Assembly: GCF_009914755.1 (NCBI RefSeq)
Contig: NC_060928.1
DNA: 64,000 bases
Source of the DNA: the human T2T-CHM13v2.0 reference genome, Homo sapiens
Strand: one strand, 5' to 3'
A program made the position numbers and the translations under genes. Of the stretch, positions 15,913-29,251 are shown piece after piece. Numbering within the stretch: position 1 is the first letter of the stretch; each line of letters begins with the position of its first letter. A model generated the notes under the pieces. That model did no database searches. It was given only the letters and a program-made list of their open reading frames with translations, and was not told where the DNA came from.

Positions 15913-16713
15913 TTAAGCACCAAAGTGTGAGTGATAAAAGAAGATTTACAGTCTTGTCCCAAGAAGTTCCCTAATGGTCCATCTAAGTGAATTCTATTAC
16001 TCGTGATTCTAAGAAAGGACTCAGTCAATACTCCTTTACATAAAGAGACTCAGCTCTAACCTTTAAGAATAACATAATAAAATCTCAACCGATCAGAATG
16101 TGTAGGGAATGATTGACTATGATCAATTTCATTTTCACATTAATAAAGGTTGACCCAAAACCATTTTGCATTTTTGCTCTTGGTGTTAAAGATCATTCTA
16201 AGACGTCTTAGTCCACACCCCACCTCCAGGAAATAGAGTAGAATGCACAGCATCAACTCTTTCTCCGATGATTCAGGATTTTGCAGTGCCCTGTCATCAT
16301 CCTGTGAAGATGAATGTCCACGGTGCAGGGCTGTTGATGTAGAAAGACGTGGAGTGTTGAAATGATGTACACTGAGTTTGTGATTTCCCCAGGCACTGCA
16401 CTCTAATGTGAGTCAGCCAAGAAACTGATGCCTACTTTTGTTTTCTTTTACACATATGAATGCAAACAGCAAAACACATAAACGACTAACATGTAAGCAA
16501 TTCAGCCCCAACCAATTTAAGATATCTATGAAATGCATCTTCTGTATCATCATAATGACCCATCCCAGAAGGATGAATTAAAGAAATGACTCTTCCTACC
16601 TAGAGTCGGTTAGCTGGACATAGTAGAAAGCTTGGAGCCCAAATATTCTTGCTTCAGGACACCAAGTTAATATGGGGAGACCCACAGTTTCTGAATTATG
16701 CCCCTTCCTATCT

Positions 16714-16912
16714 AGGTGACCACAAATGGATTTAAATAAAATTTCATGTACTCTTTTACCTTTCTTTTCTAAATGAGGTATTTGTACATTTTTAACTGTG
16801 TTGGAAAATAGGCTGAATATGTAATCAGACTAAAGCTACTCTGAAAGAGATTTTGGAAATTTTTAAAAGGGGGGTGTTCATTTTGATTTTCTTTCCTGGT
16901 CGATGGTCACTT
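16714..16912. mobile_element. Possible hAT-Blackjack-type MITE remnant
   Basis: Inverted termini aggtgacca...tggtcactt resemble the Blackjack/MER94 TIR; interior not recognised. Confidence 0.3.
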
Positions 16913-17570
16913 TTTCTGGAAAGTAAAGTACAACAATGTTTTAGCTAATTAACATTATTAGCTAAAAACTTCAGCTAATTGAAAGTTACTGTATTGATAT
17001 GATAAGTATATACAGAATGGTCAAAGCCAAAAAAAAAAAAAGCAGAGAGTTTAGCAACGTTCCAAGTGTTCAATTTAGATTTCAGAAAGCAGAATTATTT
17101 AGATGGATTATTTATCCCACTCACACTAAGTGCTTAACACCTGCCTTTCCACTTCATTTTGTCTACAAATCATGGCACTTACTTTATTTCTAAAACTATT
17201 TAACAGTTCCCTGTCCCTTGGGCTTCATGGGACTGCTGGAAACAAATGTTCTAGATTTTAGTTACAGATTGGCACAGGTCCTTCAATGCTTTGAAACCTG
17301 ATCTATGTCTCTTTTCCTATGCATGTGAGTCTGTAAGCATTGCAAAAGTTCATGAAAGATAAAAATCAGCTGCTTAACTTCAACAAGCAAATTCCAAATA
17401 GGAACTTCCGTAAGCACGGGGGTGAACTTTAGAGACCTGGTATCTTCTCTTTTCTTAGAGGTTTTTAGAAGGGGAGGGAGGTGAATTGATTCATTCTTTA
17501 CACAGTATATTAAATGCTTGAATTACTAAATGCATCTCCTGCCTAGAGGAGTCAACTTTAAAAGTCGCCT

Positions 17571-17870
<300 letters not shown>

Positions 17871-18982
17871 CAAAGCCACCTGACTTGTCCAGAAGTAGAG
17901 CACATATGGGAAATCTAACTCCATTAAGAAGCCATCCATCCATTAGCAAATCAGGAAGTATGTCCTGCTGGCTTAGCCCTGTGCTAGACACTGGGGGAAG
18001 AACAGAGCTAAGGGAAGATCACTAAAAGTCCTGCCCTGCAGGAGCTTCCAACGTGCTGGGAGATAAAACGAACACCCAGGCAACAGCACCAACCAGTATG
18101 GCCACTGTAGACAGTAAAGTGCTGGCTGCATGAAGCCAATGGCAGGAGGGAAGAGGAAGATGGAGAATGGCTTAACTGGGGAGATAGAACTCAATCTGGA
18201 CTTTGAAAGAAAAGGCAGATGAGAGAGAGCAAGGGCAGAAGAAACAGCATCCCGGGCAAGGGAAAGGATGTGAGGAAAAGCAGTGGGATGGGGTGGGGGA
18301 GCGCCGAAAGCTTGATGTTCTGAAGACACTCAGAGAAATGAGGTTAGAGAGCTGAGGAGAGGCTTGACTTGTAGGCTTGACCGCGGGGTGGTCCTACTCA
18401 CTAGGATGAGCTAGTTCTTCTCTAACGCATTCCATGCTCGCTGGACCCAAGTGCAGGCAGGACTCCCTCGCTCCCTCTGTGTTTGTGTTCTCTGTGCATA
18501 ATACCACAGAAAAGGAGGTGCCTCTTGTACACATGTACACATGATAACAAATGAAACAAATGCATAAGCATGCACACAGGAACACAGTTATGTACACTCA
18601 TGTATATAAGTCCATGCACCCGAGGACACTTTGTACACCTGCACAAAGATATGCAAATACCCGCGCATGATACCTGCTTGTTCACACCCTCCTGCTGATG
18701 GAAGAACCACAGCCATCTGAGCAAATGAAAGTTGCCATCTGGGCTAACTCAGCCCGTCACATGGGCTTTGCCTTAGGTTTATAATCTGCCCAGAGCTTTT
18801 GCTCAAATATAAAGCCCTAATTCCTGACTTCTGGGAACCAGACTCATCTGGCCACAGCTGTTCCTCTTCAGACACCCACAGCTGTCTCCTTAGTAGACTC
18901 TGTCTGGCCACCCAAACTGCCAAAGATACTTGACAGGCCATGGAGGAAGTTGGGACTTAATGCATGGAGGGAAGGAATTATG

Positions 18983-19018
18983 TTGATGTTGATGATGATG
19001 ATGATGATGATGATGATG
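18983..19018. repeat. (GAT)n trinucleotide microsatellite
   Basis: ttgatgttgatgatgatgatgatgatgatgatgatg. Confidence 0.9.
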
Positions 19019-20152
19019 CCAATTATGCCTTGAGCATTTACCATGGGTAATGGACTAGATGCTTTTCAAGCAAGCATTAACCTTTTATGTACAGCAATCC
19101 TATGAAATCAGTATAGTTATCCCTATTTTAAGGAGGAGGAAATTGATCTTAGACAGTTAAACAATATTAATAAATCATGGCCTTGAGATTTAAACCCAAG
19201 CCTATCCAAGCCTATACGACTCCAAGCCCACAATTGTAGTCTCTACAGGAATTTGGGGATTTGACACTTAGGTTGAATCTGAAAAACAATAAAGGCTTTT
19301 ATAGGAAGAAATGAAGACCTAGGACATTGTCCGGTATCAACTATGCTGACACAGATGTTTCGGCCTCCCATGTCTGCTCCCTCATCTCCTTACCCGATAG
19401 GCTTTAACTTAGGCAGAGCCTCTACTTGTGGGCGTTCCAGAATCAAGTGTTTGCTTGGCCTATTGACAACCCCCTTTGCCAATATCGGGGCTTGATGTGA
19501 ATGGTTTCCTCATTAGATGACTATGTCCACACTGTACCAGTCAGGGTTACACATGCTGAAGGTACTACCATCCCTGCCCAACACTTCCAGTCAAAACCCT
19601 CCAATTTTCCCAACTGTCTTTATGGCAGGCAGGCTGACTACAGAGATGAGACATGTTATCTTACTCAAACTCAAAATATCTATCATGCAAATGGGACCTG
19701 GTTCCTGGCTAACGAATTACTCCTACCAAGATAATGAGCATTTTTACATTTTCATAAACACAGCCACTATTTTTTCTAGTTTTATAAATTTTATACATTT
19801 GCTAAGTGTGTGTACTTGCTTCATTTTTATATGCCAGTTTCAAATCAATTTCTTTAATTTTATCTCCAGAAAGCTCTTAAAGAAGCAGAGAGCTTAGTTG
19901 AAACCACAGATTAATCCAATATAAAACAAAAAGTGATTTGCATTCAAATGAGAGGAACCATGAAAATGTCTCTATTCCACTTTGTCCTAATTCTGATCCA
20001 ACATTCCACCTAGTCATCTAAGCCTTGGTTCCAAAATCTGTAAAATGGGGACTCACAGATTATTATGAAAGATGAAGAAGAGAAGGCTCACTAAGCACCC
20101 AGCCCTGTGCCTGGTGCCAAGCAGGTATAAGACCCACAATGATTTCCTTCCT

Positions 20153-20464
<312 letters not shown>

Positions 20465-20740
20465 TCAAGCAACACAAGTTCCTCACACCCCAGGATGCTC
20501 CTTAATTCCCACACAGTCATGTGGCCTATAACTGCAATTCAGGTTGATAGAGATGATAATAAAGACAAGTATGTGTGTACTCACAATGAGCCAGTGTCTG
20601 ACTGACAACATAGAAACCTCTTGAGTAATCTAGAAATTCATTTCCTTCAGGGACAGTTACAGCCAAGAAACAGAGAGGCTCCAGGAAACCAATCTTACTC
20701 CACATATTAGAGGACTTACAATACTTTTCATAGGACTTAC

Positions 20741-20812
20741 AGGTGAGTCAGGTCACGGAGGCCACGAAAGGCATTTCTTGAAATGGTTTCTATTTTGTTC
20801 CCTTCAATGAAC
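20741..20812 (-). CDS. LGI2: LGI2 exon 4 (72 nt LRR)
   Basis: Acceptor cttag, donor GTAAGT. Reads (L)FIEGNKIETISRNAFRGLRDLTH(L). Confidence 0.97.
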
Positions 20813-22788
20813 CTAAGAGGAAAAGTTGTATAATTAAAATGAATTTTCTCTCCTTAGTATCCCAAAAAAACTATGTTGGTAAGCTTTCAGAATAAAATCT
20901 AAAAGTATTCCTGAATTATAAGAATTGATCTCTGAAGACTAGGTCAGCTACACCAAATTCCATGTGGTAGCAGGATGTATGCAAAAATGCGTGCACGGGA
21001 GTGTGTGGTCTGCACTCCTTCCAGAAGTGGCATGGAAGTCTCCAAAGAATTCTGAGCTGGCAACATGGGTAAAAACATCCTGGGGAGAAATAAAGAAGAA
21101 AGCACTATACAAAGGCAAGAAATTCTCATATCTCTGCAAGACTGGAGCACTTCCAGACATTTTCCCTACTCAATCCCACATTTCACGGTGCCTGGCTATT
21201 CATACTTCTGTTAATGTCACTGTCCCTTGAGAGGGTTCTCTTGTTTTACATCTCCACATTAAAGTTTTTTGCTGGGGGAGAGTTCTATCAAGCTTGGTTT
21301 TCAGCAACCTTGAGTTTATCGTGTCCTACACCATCTAGTCACCAAGCAAATGGGTGACAAGGCAGGAAAAGCTCAAGCTCTCTAAGCTACTAGGAAGTAG
21401 GAAGTATAATGAAGTTGAGTAGGAACCAAACTTCTTTCTCTGTACTAAAACCCCACAGGGTTGGCACATGGGATCTTGCAATAATACCACTGGCCATGCT
21501 TTAAGGTCTTTGTGGGAAATAATTGATGTGAATTCACTACGACTATTCTCTAGGCTCAGGGAGAACTAAATTTTAGTTACAGCATTATATTAAGTCAAAT
21601 ATAAGAGGGTCTTTGATGAGATGCTCCATGGTTGGGGCTTTGAAACACAACATCATCAACGAATTAGTTCTTGATTCTTGCACTGAGAACTCACTGATGG
21701 TTTTTAAAACTGAGATGTCTTTTCAGTAATAGACTTCAGCATAAACTGATGAGCTAACTTCCTCTCCAATAACCTTGACCATAAGATGAACTATCGTAAG
21801 AGAAAACTCATAGCTTTACAACTGCTACCTCCATTGGCTATGTATGTGCTTTGATAGACCTTAGTCAGATTTAGCATTGCAGTCCTGCTACACTTTCCAT
21901 ACTATGTATATGATAATATCAGAGTATTATGCGAATACACATATTATGTATACTCTGGAGAAAGAATTCCTCCAGGAACATCTTTTCTCAAGACACAAAG
22001 TCAGCAGAGAGCTTTCTTATATCTAGGATGTGTCTAGAATTCCAATACCTACCTGTTGAACTCAGACAAGAAAATGAGACAAGGCTTTAAAAATCCCTCT
22101 GAATGCTAAGTGAGGCTATCCCATCTGATAGCAGGATTAACATTATTACAAAGTTACCAAAGACAAGGATGAAAGAACTTAAAGGGGAAAAAAGACATGA
22201 AAGGAAGAAAAGGCAGAAATCAGAACAAGGGCAAAGCTCATTGCGAGGGGAGAAATCTGCACATCAAAAAAGGGAAAAATGACCTTTTTTTAAGGAAAAA
22301 AATAAAATAAAATTAGACCCTCAGTAGCAATTCATAGGAGATACTGCAAAAGAGATGTAGAACAGTGAGTGAACAACATGAAGTTGTACCCCCCAAATAG
22401 GGAGGCTTTCTTAAAAATAAGTAACCCTCAGAACCCCGCAGCTCTATTTCTGGCTGGTCAGCAAATCCATGCCTATTTATGAGAGGTAAAAATATCCAAC
22501 GCAACTTCCAATTGTGCTTACTACATGACAAATTAAATGTCAGCAGAGAATGAATGACTATCTCTCCTTCTTTGTTTTGTCTCTCCCTCTTTGTCTCCAG
22601 CCTCCTCCTTCCCCAGCATGTTTGTAAGCAAGTAAACTATAAAAGGTCAGTGCTGAAAAGAGAATGGGGTGTTCTCCAGTTTCTCCACCCCTAAACCCTT
22701 GCAGAGATGCTGTTCCAGCACAGAAACCAATCCAGAAATTCTACCAAGATACCGAATGTTCAGCAAATAGACAAAGCACAAAACTTAC

Positions 22789-22860
22789 AGGTATTCAAGA
22801 TGAAAAAGTCCAGCAAAAGCATCATCCCGGATGATCGTGAATGAGTTAGAATTCAGCAAT
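22789..22860 (-). CDS. LGI2: LGI2 exon 3 (72 nt LRR)
   Basis: Acceptor ttcag, donor GTAAGT. Reads (L)LLNSNSFTIIRDDAFAGLFHLEY(L). Confidence 0.97.
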
Positions 22861-24427
22861 CTGAAAGTAAGAGACAGATTCCAATGGAGAGATGTAAAAC
22901 TTGAGTCACATGGTAAAGCCATTTCTCTTTCCTTTGCTACGTTTTGATCTGTGGGCAAACATGAGCTCTTCTTAGCCTAAGGAGACCACATTTTGTTGTC
23001 AAAAACCTGATTCTCACAGCCTGCTCTTAGAGACGATGGCAAGTGGATTCCTTTTGACCAGATTTTCTTGTCCTCTCCAGAACTCTACTCCTTTCTTCCC
23101 TGTGTGTCTCAGTAAATATGATCTGATAGCTGTGACTTTAAAACATTATAATGCTCAGCACGACTAAACAGCCAGTGAATGCTTTATGGTACACAAGCAA
23201 TCATAAAATTAGAGATCTAAAAAGATCTAATCCAAATCTATTTTTACGAAAATAAAAGCCCAGAGAAGCTAAGTGACTTGACCAAAGTCATGCAGCTGGA
23301 CCCATAACAATAGTTAAAAAAAAAAAAAAAAAAGTTTGTTTAAGAAACTTTCAGGAGACTGTTACTACGTAGTTTTCTATTTGAGTCATCACCCAAGTCT
23401 ACTGGCAAAAGAATACCTAAAATTGTATTTCTATTATATGAAAAGTATATTTTAATAGCACTGCAATTTCTAAGAGGCCTCAGATTTTAAAATGTTAAGT
23501 GTAATGTTAAAAGTAGGCATATAAGATTTCAAGAACAAAAGTATCAAGAGTATGTTTATTGAGGATGAATAGTGCTCTCCTATATTCCATTTATCCAAAT
23601 TTTTCTATAGCACATTGCTTGTTTTAATTTCAGTCTCATCTCAAATTTAAGAAACCAACACAGATCAAGAGAATGAGGTGTGTACTCTTACTTTGCCTGT
23701 CACTGGATTGCTTTTGAAAACTACTTTTTGGACATTTGTTTTCATCAGCACACATTACCCAGCCTGGGTTACAGGGCACAACATGAGCATCACCACAGGG
23801 ACTTGAGCATTGCTCACAGAGAGGAGATGGGATGAGGAATAGTTAGGAGTGTGGGCTTTTGGCCCTGGACTAGAATCTGGCTCTGATTTGGGACAAGTTA
23901 GTTAAGTTCCCTGAACCTCAGTTTCCTTATCTATCAAATGGGATCATAAGCATGCCTTCATCATACCGATGAAGTGATGATGAAATAAAATTACGCACGT
24001 AAGTTCATAGGATGCTGCCTGACTGGTTTAAGTTCTCAGCAAACTAGAAACACTCCTATTTCCAGAGTAACATTAAGATTTTAAAATGAAGTTTTCTTTT
24101 AAACTGAGGTGTTTGGGAAACAGTGCATTTAGGTGACTTTCAGGTCATGAGTCAATGCAATTACCTCCCCATTTACTAGATCTGGGTGTTGGGATCTACA
24201 ATAAAGTCTCTGAAGAAAACAGGTATCGAACTAAGGAAAGAGCTGAGCAGGGAGCCTCAGTGCTTTGCTGGGGACATCACAGGGTAAATTAACACCAAGA
24301 GGCAGCCACGGTCTCCTCACGGAGCTGGGGTACTTTAGGAAGGGCTGATACCAAAGAGGCAGAGACGGCCCTCCAAGGATGGCACCTCAGGGCCCCCCAT
24401 TGTGCAGAGGGAACTTCCCATACTCAC

Positions 24428-24499
24428 AGCAGCTGCAGAGAAGGCAGATGGGAAAACATTCGGTCCTTGATTTCTGAAAACGTCCCATTTACCAGGCTC
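24428..24499 (-). CDS. LGI2: LGI2 exon 2 (72 nt, one LRR unit)
   Basis: AG acceptor at 24501-24500, GTGAGT donor at 24427-24422. Reads (L)SLVNGTFSEIKDRMFSHLPSLQL(L), phase 2-2. Confidence 0.97.
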
Positions 24500-26417
24500 C
24501 TACGGGCAAAAGATGAACAAAAGTAGGCCTAGGTTTCTTTTAGGAAGTGCCATGCAGGGTGGGTAATCAAACTCTGCCTCCACCTGTACTTCAAACCCTG
24601 ACTCTCAGGAGTGAGGCATAGCACAGTTGCCCAGGATCTTCCCCGGGGTAGGAATAAGAAGAGACAAGCCACTTCCCAATGAATCAGATCAATATGAAGA
24701 CTAGTCTGAATAACAGAAACCTTTACCATCAGCTCCTTCCACAGACATTATCTCGGTCAGTTTAAATCAATCCCTTCACTTCCTTTTCTTAACTACAGGA
24801 GGTCCTTGCCTGAAAATGGATAATCGCTTCACCTCTGCCCATGATTCTGTTTGTGTAGACACAGCGTTGTGTTGGCCTATGAAATGCTGGGGTAGGATTA
24901 AGCATTCCTCTTGGGACCCCATCTCTGAAAGACAGAGCACTCCTGATTAAATGCAACATGAAAGCCCTGGGGAAAATCTCACAGACACCTGAACTCCCCT
25001 GTGTGGGGAGAGGCAGTACCATCTGCCAGATAAAACGGTCAACCAGGAGGCAAGATGCTTGGCTTTATTTCTGCCCCCAGGCCCCCATCCTTTCTGGCCA
25101 CAGCAGGATCTGAATACATTATTTCAGAATTCCTTTCAGTTGGCATGCAGATCACTTAAGCAGCTGCTGGTCTGAAGGATTTAATAAGGGGAACTCTAAT
25201 TTCTGGAATCCTCCATGTCACCCGACTTAGCAATATTAAGAATCAAAAAGGTCCTCTGTTCCCACCAGCCAAACTCTTCTGACTTTCTATAAATGCAAAT
25301 GGGAACCCCCTCACTCCTGGGTCCAGGCCCCTACAATTTGCCTTGGGTGGGAGGCTGGGAAGCACTGGACACAAGAAAGTATCTTGAGCACAAGCAACGT
25401 CACCCCGGGGATTCCCTGCCTCCACCACTGACTGGGCACCCAGGCATCTTGGCCTGGAACAAGAGAGTGGTCTTAGCAGGAAACATGTCCTAGCAGTAAA
25501 GATACAGCCCAACAGCCCCTTCCACCGCCCTTGTGAGAGCTGGTCATTTGGCTTGAGTGGCCAGGTGAGGGCAGGATGAAAGCACCTCTCGGCAGGTGGA
25601 TACCTAATGTGAAGCCCTTTCCTGTCAGTTCCTCCTGCTGAAAAAGCAGCCAACACAACTGTGTGATGGAGAAAGGGGGCAAGAAGCCCTCCTGACCTCA
25701 GGGCAAGAAGGCTGACTTCAAAGCACTTGGCCACTGGGCTAGGCGCCCAACATGCCCCAAACCTCTGCCCAGCCTTCTGTTACCCCTCTTCTAGGCCACG
25801 GGGGGCGGCCCCTCCCCTCCCAGAGCCTGCATGCCTTGACCTCGACTTTTTGCAACCTGCAATGTGGAGAAGTCGGGAGGAGGCCACGGGGTGAACATTC
25901 GCCCCAGACCTGATGTGGGGCAGTGAGGCCTCACCCTGCCCAGTTTGCACTCAGTCAGGTCGTGTTCAGCTGCTCCTATGCACGCCCCTACACACACAAC
26001 TCCAACCCGCAAACACACACACACACACGCACACGCCCTCTCAAACTTTAATGCACCCTTGAGTCTCCCGGGGACGTCAAACGCACACTCCAGGACTCCA
26101 CTCCAAAGACTGCTTCAGAGCAGCCGGATTCTGCATTGGCACAAGCTTCCCCAGGTGAGTCTGATGCAGGTGGCCCGTGGGCCACACTCTGAGAAACGCT
26201 GCCACAGGAACCTGTCTGGGTTCCCAGATTCTGGGGCTCAGGTCCTCACCGTCCTCCCCGGGGGCCAACACTCCACCCACGTCCCCCACACAAAGGCAAA
26301 GAAGGGGCCTGGGGAGTGGGTCAGGGTCGCGCTGGCCCGGCGCCAGAGGCAACTCCCTCGCGGCGGCGGACGCAGGGTGGGGCGGGACGGGATGGGGGCT
26401 GGAGGGGTCCCACTCAC

Positions 26418-26614
26418 AGGGAGCTGATGTCGCCCGGCACGATCCTGGGCACCCAGGAAGAGCCCACGCAGATGATAGACTCCTTGGTACAGCTGCAAGT
26501 GGCGGGGCAGCGCGCCAGCCGCCTCACCTGCGCGCTCCGCGGTATCAGGCACGCGGCGCCCAGCAGCAGCAGCAGCAGCCCGAGCGCTCCGCAGCCGCCT
26601 CTCCGCAGCGCCAT
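26418..26614 (-). CDS. LGI2: LGI2 coding exon 1 (197 nt): signal peptide and LRR N-terminal cysteine cap
   Basis: ATG at 26614 in strong Kozak context (gggcATGg). Translates MALRRGGCGALGLLLLLLGAACLIPRSAQVRRLARCPATCSCTKESIICVGSSWVPRIVPGDISSL, recognised as the LGI2 N-terminus. Donor CT|GTGAGT at 26417-26412. Confidence 0.98.
26561..26578 (-). repeat. (CTG)6 encoding the poly-Leu core of the signal peptide
   Basis: cagcagcagcagcagcag on the + strand inside exon 1. Confidence 0.9.
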
Positions 26615-29076
26615 GCCCGGTCCCCGCTCCCCGCCCGGGCCCCGACCCCCACCGCCGCGCCGCGCGCTCGGACCCGGCGCCGCTGCAGACGCGGGCGCCG
26701 CTCGCTGCTCTGCCGCCGCCGCTGCTGGCGAGGACTAGGGAGCCGCGGGTGTGGGAGGCCGAGCCGCAGCCGAGCAGCATGCTGGCCGCCACCCCCACTC
26801 GGCGCCCCCCCACCCGAGCCCGGGCTGCTGGGCGGCCGCCGCCGCTGCGCCCGCCGCACTCGCGCCTGCCTGACATCAGCACTCGCGCCCGCAGCCCGGC
26901 TCTGGCCAATGAATAATGCATGGCGGGGCCCGCCCCGCGGGGGAGGGGGCCAGCGCCGGCCCCGTGGCGCCCCACCCGGCCCCCACCTCGCCACCCCCTC
27001 TCGCCCCGGGCCGGGCGCGGGGACAGAGGGAAAAGTTGGGTGACCTTGGGGGAGGGGCCAAGCCTGGCGGAGACCCCCGTCGGGGCCTGACTGAGCGGTG
27101 GAGGATCCGATGCCTGCAATACCTCCAGGGGTATAATCTGGGGAGGGCACTGGGTTCCTTTCAGGCAAATCAATAAAGTCGGAGCGGGGAGTGTGGAGAA
27201 CCGGCTTGATTACTGGGGAGGGAGGCAGCCCTGGGTGCTTTGAAGAGGAGAGACTTTGGAGCAGCCTTTATTAATTTTGAAGTGCATGCTGCCGGTAGGG
27301 TCAGCGGGGATGGCTTTGCTTGTCTTCTGCGGTGGGGCAGTGAGGTCTGGCTCTCGCTCCCACAGCACCAGGGGTTACTGAAGCCAGCCAGTCCTCCCAT
27401 GGGAGGAACGTGGGGAAGCAAAGCCGCTGCAGCCTGCACGCCCGGCGCTCTGGGCCCTGCCTGCTGCCTGCTAAAGAGCTGGAAAGCCCGGGAAAGTTTC
27501 CCCTCGCTCAGCTGCCCACGGGTCACCCCACCCGCCCCAGTCAGAGGAGGGTTTGTAGAGATTGAGGGTGTGATACATCCTAGCCACTGTACTTTTAATC
27601 TTCTAACCTTTTGAGGCAGGTCCTACTTATATCCTTAATTTATTGATGAGGCTGCTGACGCCCAGAAAGCATCCTGACTGGCTGATGGTCCAGCAGCTCC
27701 TGGCTGGGCAGGATGGGGCTCGGAGCCTTGAAGGGCTACCTTAACTGGGCCCTCCTGAGCCCCTCTTCAACTCCTTAAGTTTGAAGCAATGAGCGGAAAT
27801 CTTAACACAGGTAATGTGCGGCTGAGGAAATCAAAGAAAATGACCAAAGCGGAAACAAAGTAATGGCTAATAACCTGAACTGCTGGGAGAAGGGAATCAC
27901 AGCACGACTGTCGAGCTGCAAACCAAGGAAAAGCATGCCAGATGCTAAAACCTACTCAGAAAAGTCAGTATCGAATGCAAAAGTAGGAATCATACTATTG
28001 CTTCTTCAGCAATTATTGTTGGTGATCCATTGACAAGATCCATGAGGACGGTATCAGGCTGGCTGCTGTGGGAGGGAACAAAGGAACAGCTCCTGTCCTC
28101 AGGGAGCTAAAAGTCTAGCTGGACAGACAACCCTAAAAGAGCAACTCCACTGGCTACAAGGGGGTCACAGACTGACCAAAAGAGGTTCAGGAATTGAAAG
28201 AGAGCTTTGCGTAGGCAACTTCATGGAGGGAGTTAGACATTCCCTGCTGGTGACTATGTAAAAAGCACCTGGCATCAGTACAAACCAGCCTGCATTTATC
28301 ATCATTTAATTCTTGCATCTGTCCTGAGAAATGGGTCCTCCCATTTTATGGATGGGAACATTGAGCTCAGAGAAGTTTTTATCTTGTCCAAGATCACACA
28401 GGACATGGCCAGGGAGATCATACTCCACAACTGGCTGCTGTGTCTAACCCTCGCTGCTGTGTGGGCATGCATTCACAAATACTTTACTCAGCAAGCCCCA
28501 GTGTTAGGGGCTGAGGACACAGACCACAGCCTGGGAGGGCGACAGACATGCAGACCCACAATCGTGGATGTGTGTGCTGTGCACCTGAAAGATGTTTCCC
28601 TTAAGAGGGATGGGCTACTGCTTTATAGAGCAGAGGAACGGAGGCTTCTCAAACAGAGCACTCCCTGCTGACCCAGGAAAAGAAAATCTATTTCTCACCT
28701 CTGAGTGAGAGCCTGGGGGCAGGGTGGCATAGCTAAATGCTGGCCTCAGGACTAGACAGGTTGGGGTTTGCATCCCAGCCTACCACTTACTGATGTGTAA
28801 TTGTGTAATCCCAGCCTGCCACTTACTGCTGTGCAAGCTGTGATCTTTCTAAACCTCCATTTCTTCACCTGTAAACAAGAGGTTGTTGTAACCACATTTG
28901 GGGGTTAAATGAGATCAAGAAAGTAAAGCATTTAATACCACAAAGGAGGCACTGGGCGTTTGAGCAGAGTTCTATGTGACTAGATTGTAGGTAAGTGACG
29001 GAGAGAGGACTATGGAGGGAGATGGGTTTTCCTGACTTCTGTCCTTCCATTGTAATCAGAGTCACTGTCTTGTGTT

Positions 29077-29251
29077 GTGGTTCTCAATTGCGGGTAATTC
29101 AGGGGACACTTGACCATGTGTGGAGATATTTGGGGTGGGTGCCCCTGGCGTCTAATGTGTAGAGGCTGGGGACGCTACTAAACATCTTGCAGTACTCAGC
29201 AAGAATGATCCAGGTCAAAATGTTGCTAGAGCCAAGGTTGAGAGAGCCTGG
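29077..29251 (+). mobile_element. MER20 (hAT-Charlie DNA transposon) remnant
   Basis: gtggttctcaa...ctggcgtctaatgtgtagaggctggggacgctactaaacatc...gccaaggttgagagagcctg. Confidence 0.75.

Larger units (their letters stand above)
26300..27110 (-). promoter_or_regulatory. LGI2: CpG-island promoter and 5' UTR of LGI2
   Basis: Very high GC and CpG density around exon 1, GC boxes, CCAAT at 26906-26910, CRE/AP-1-like TGACATCA at 26871-26878, no obvious TATA. The exact TSS cannot be determined from sequence. Confidence 0.9.

Noticed and set aside
16939-16967. 11-bp perfect hairpin TTTTAGCTAAT-7nt-ATTAGCTAAAA
   Set aside because: Short and AT-rich, too small for a pre-miRNA, and plausible by chance or local duplication.
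25945-27614. Long ORFs (160-311 aa) on both strands over the promoter
   Set aside because: Stop-codon depletion in a CpG island gives low-complexity Gly/Arg/Ala/Pro products with no domain. Only the portion starting at ATG 26780 is kept, as a uORF candidate.
28772-28842. 36-bp tandem duplication
   Set aside because: Local slippage inside a MIR remnant with no functional indication.
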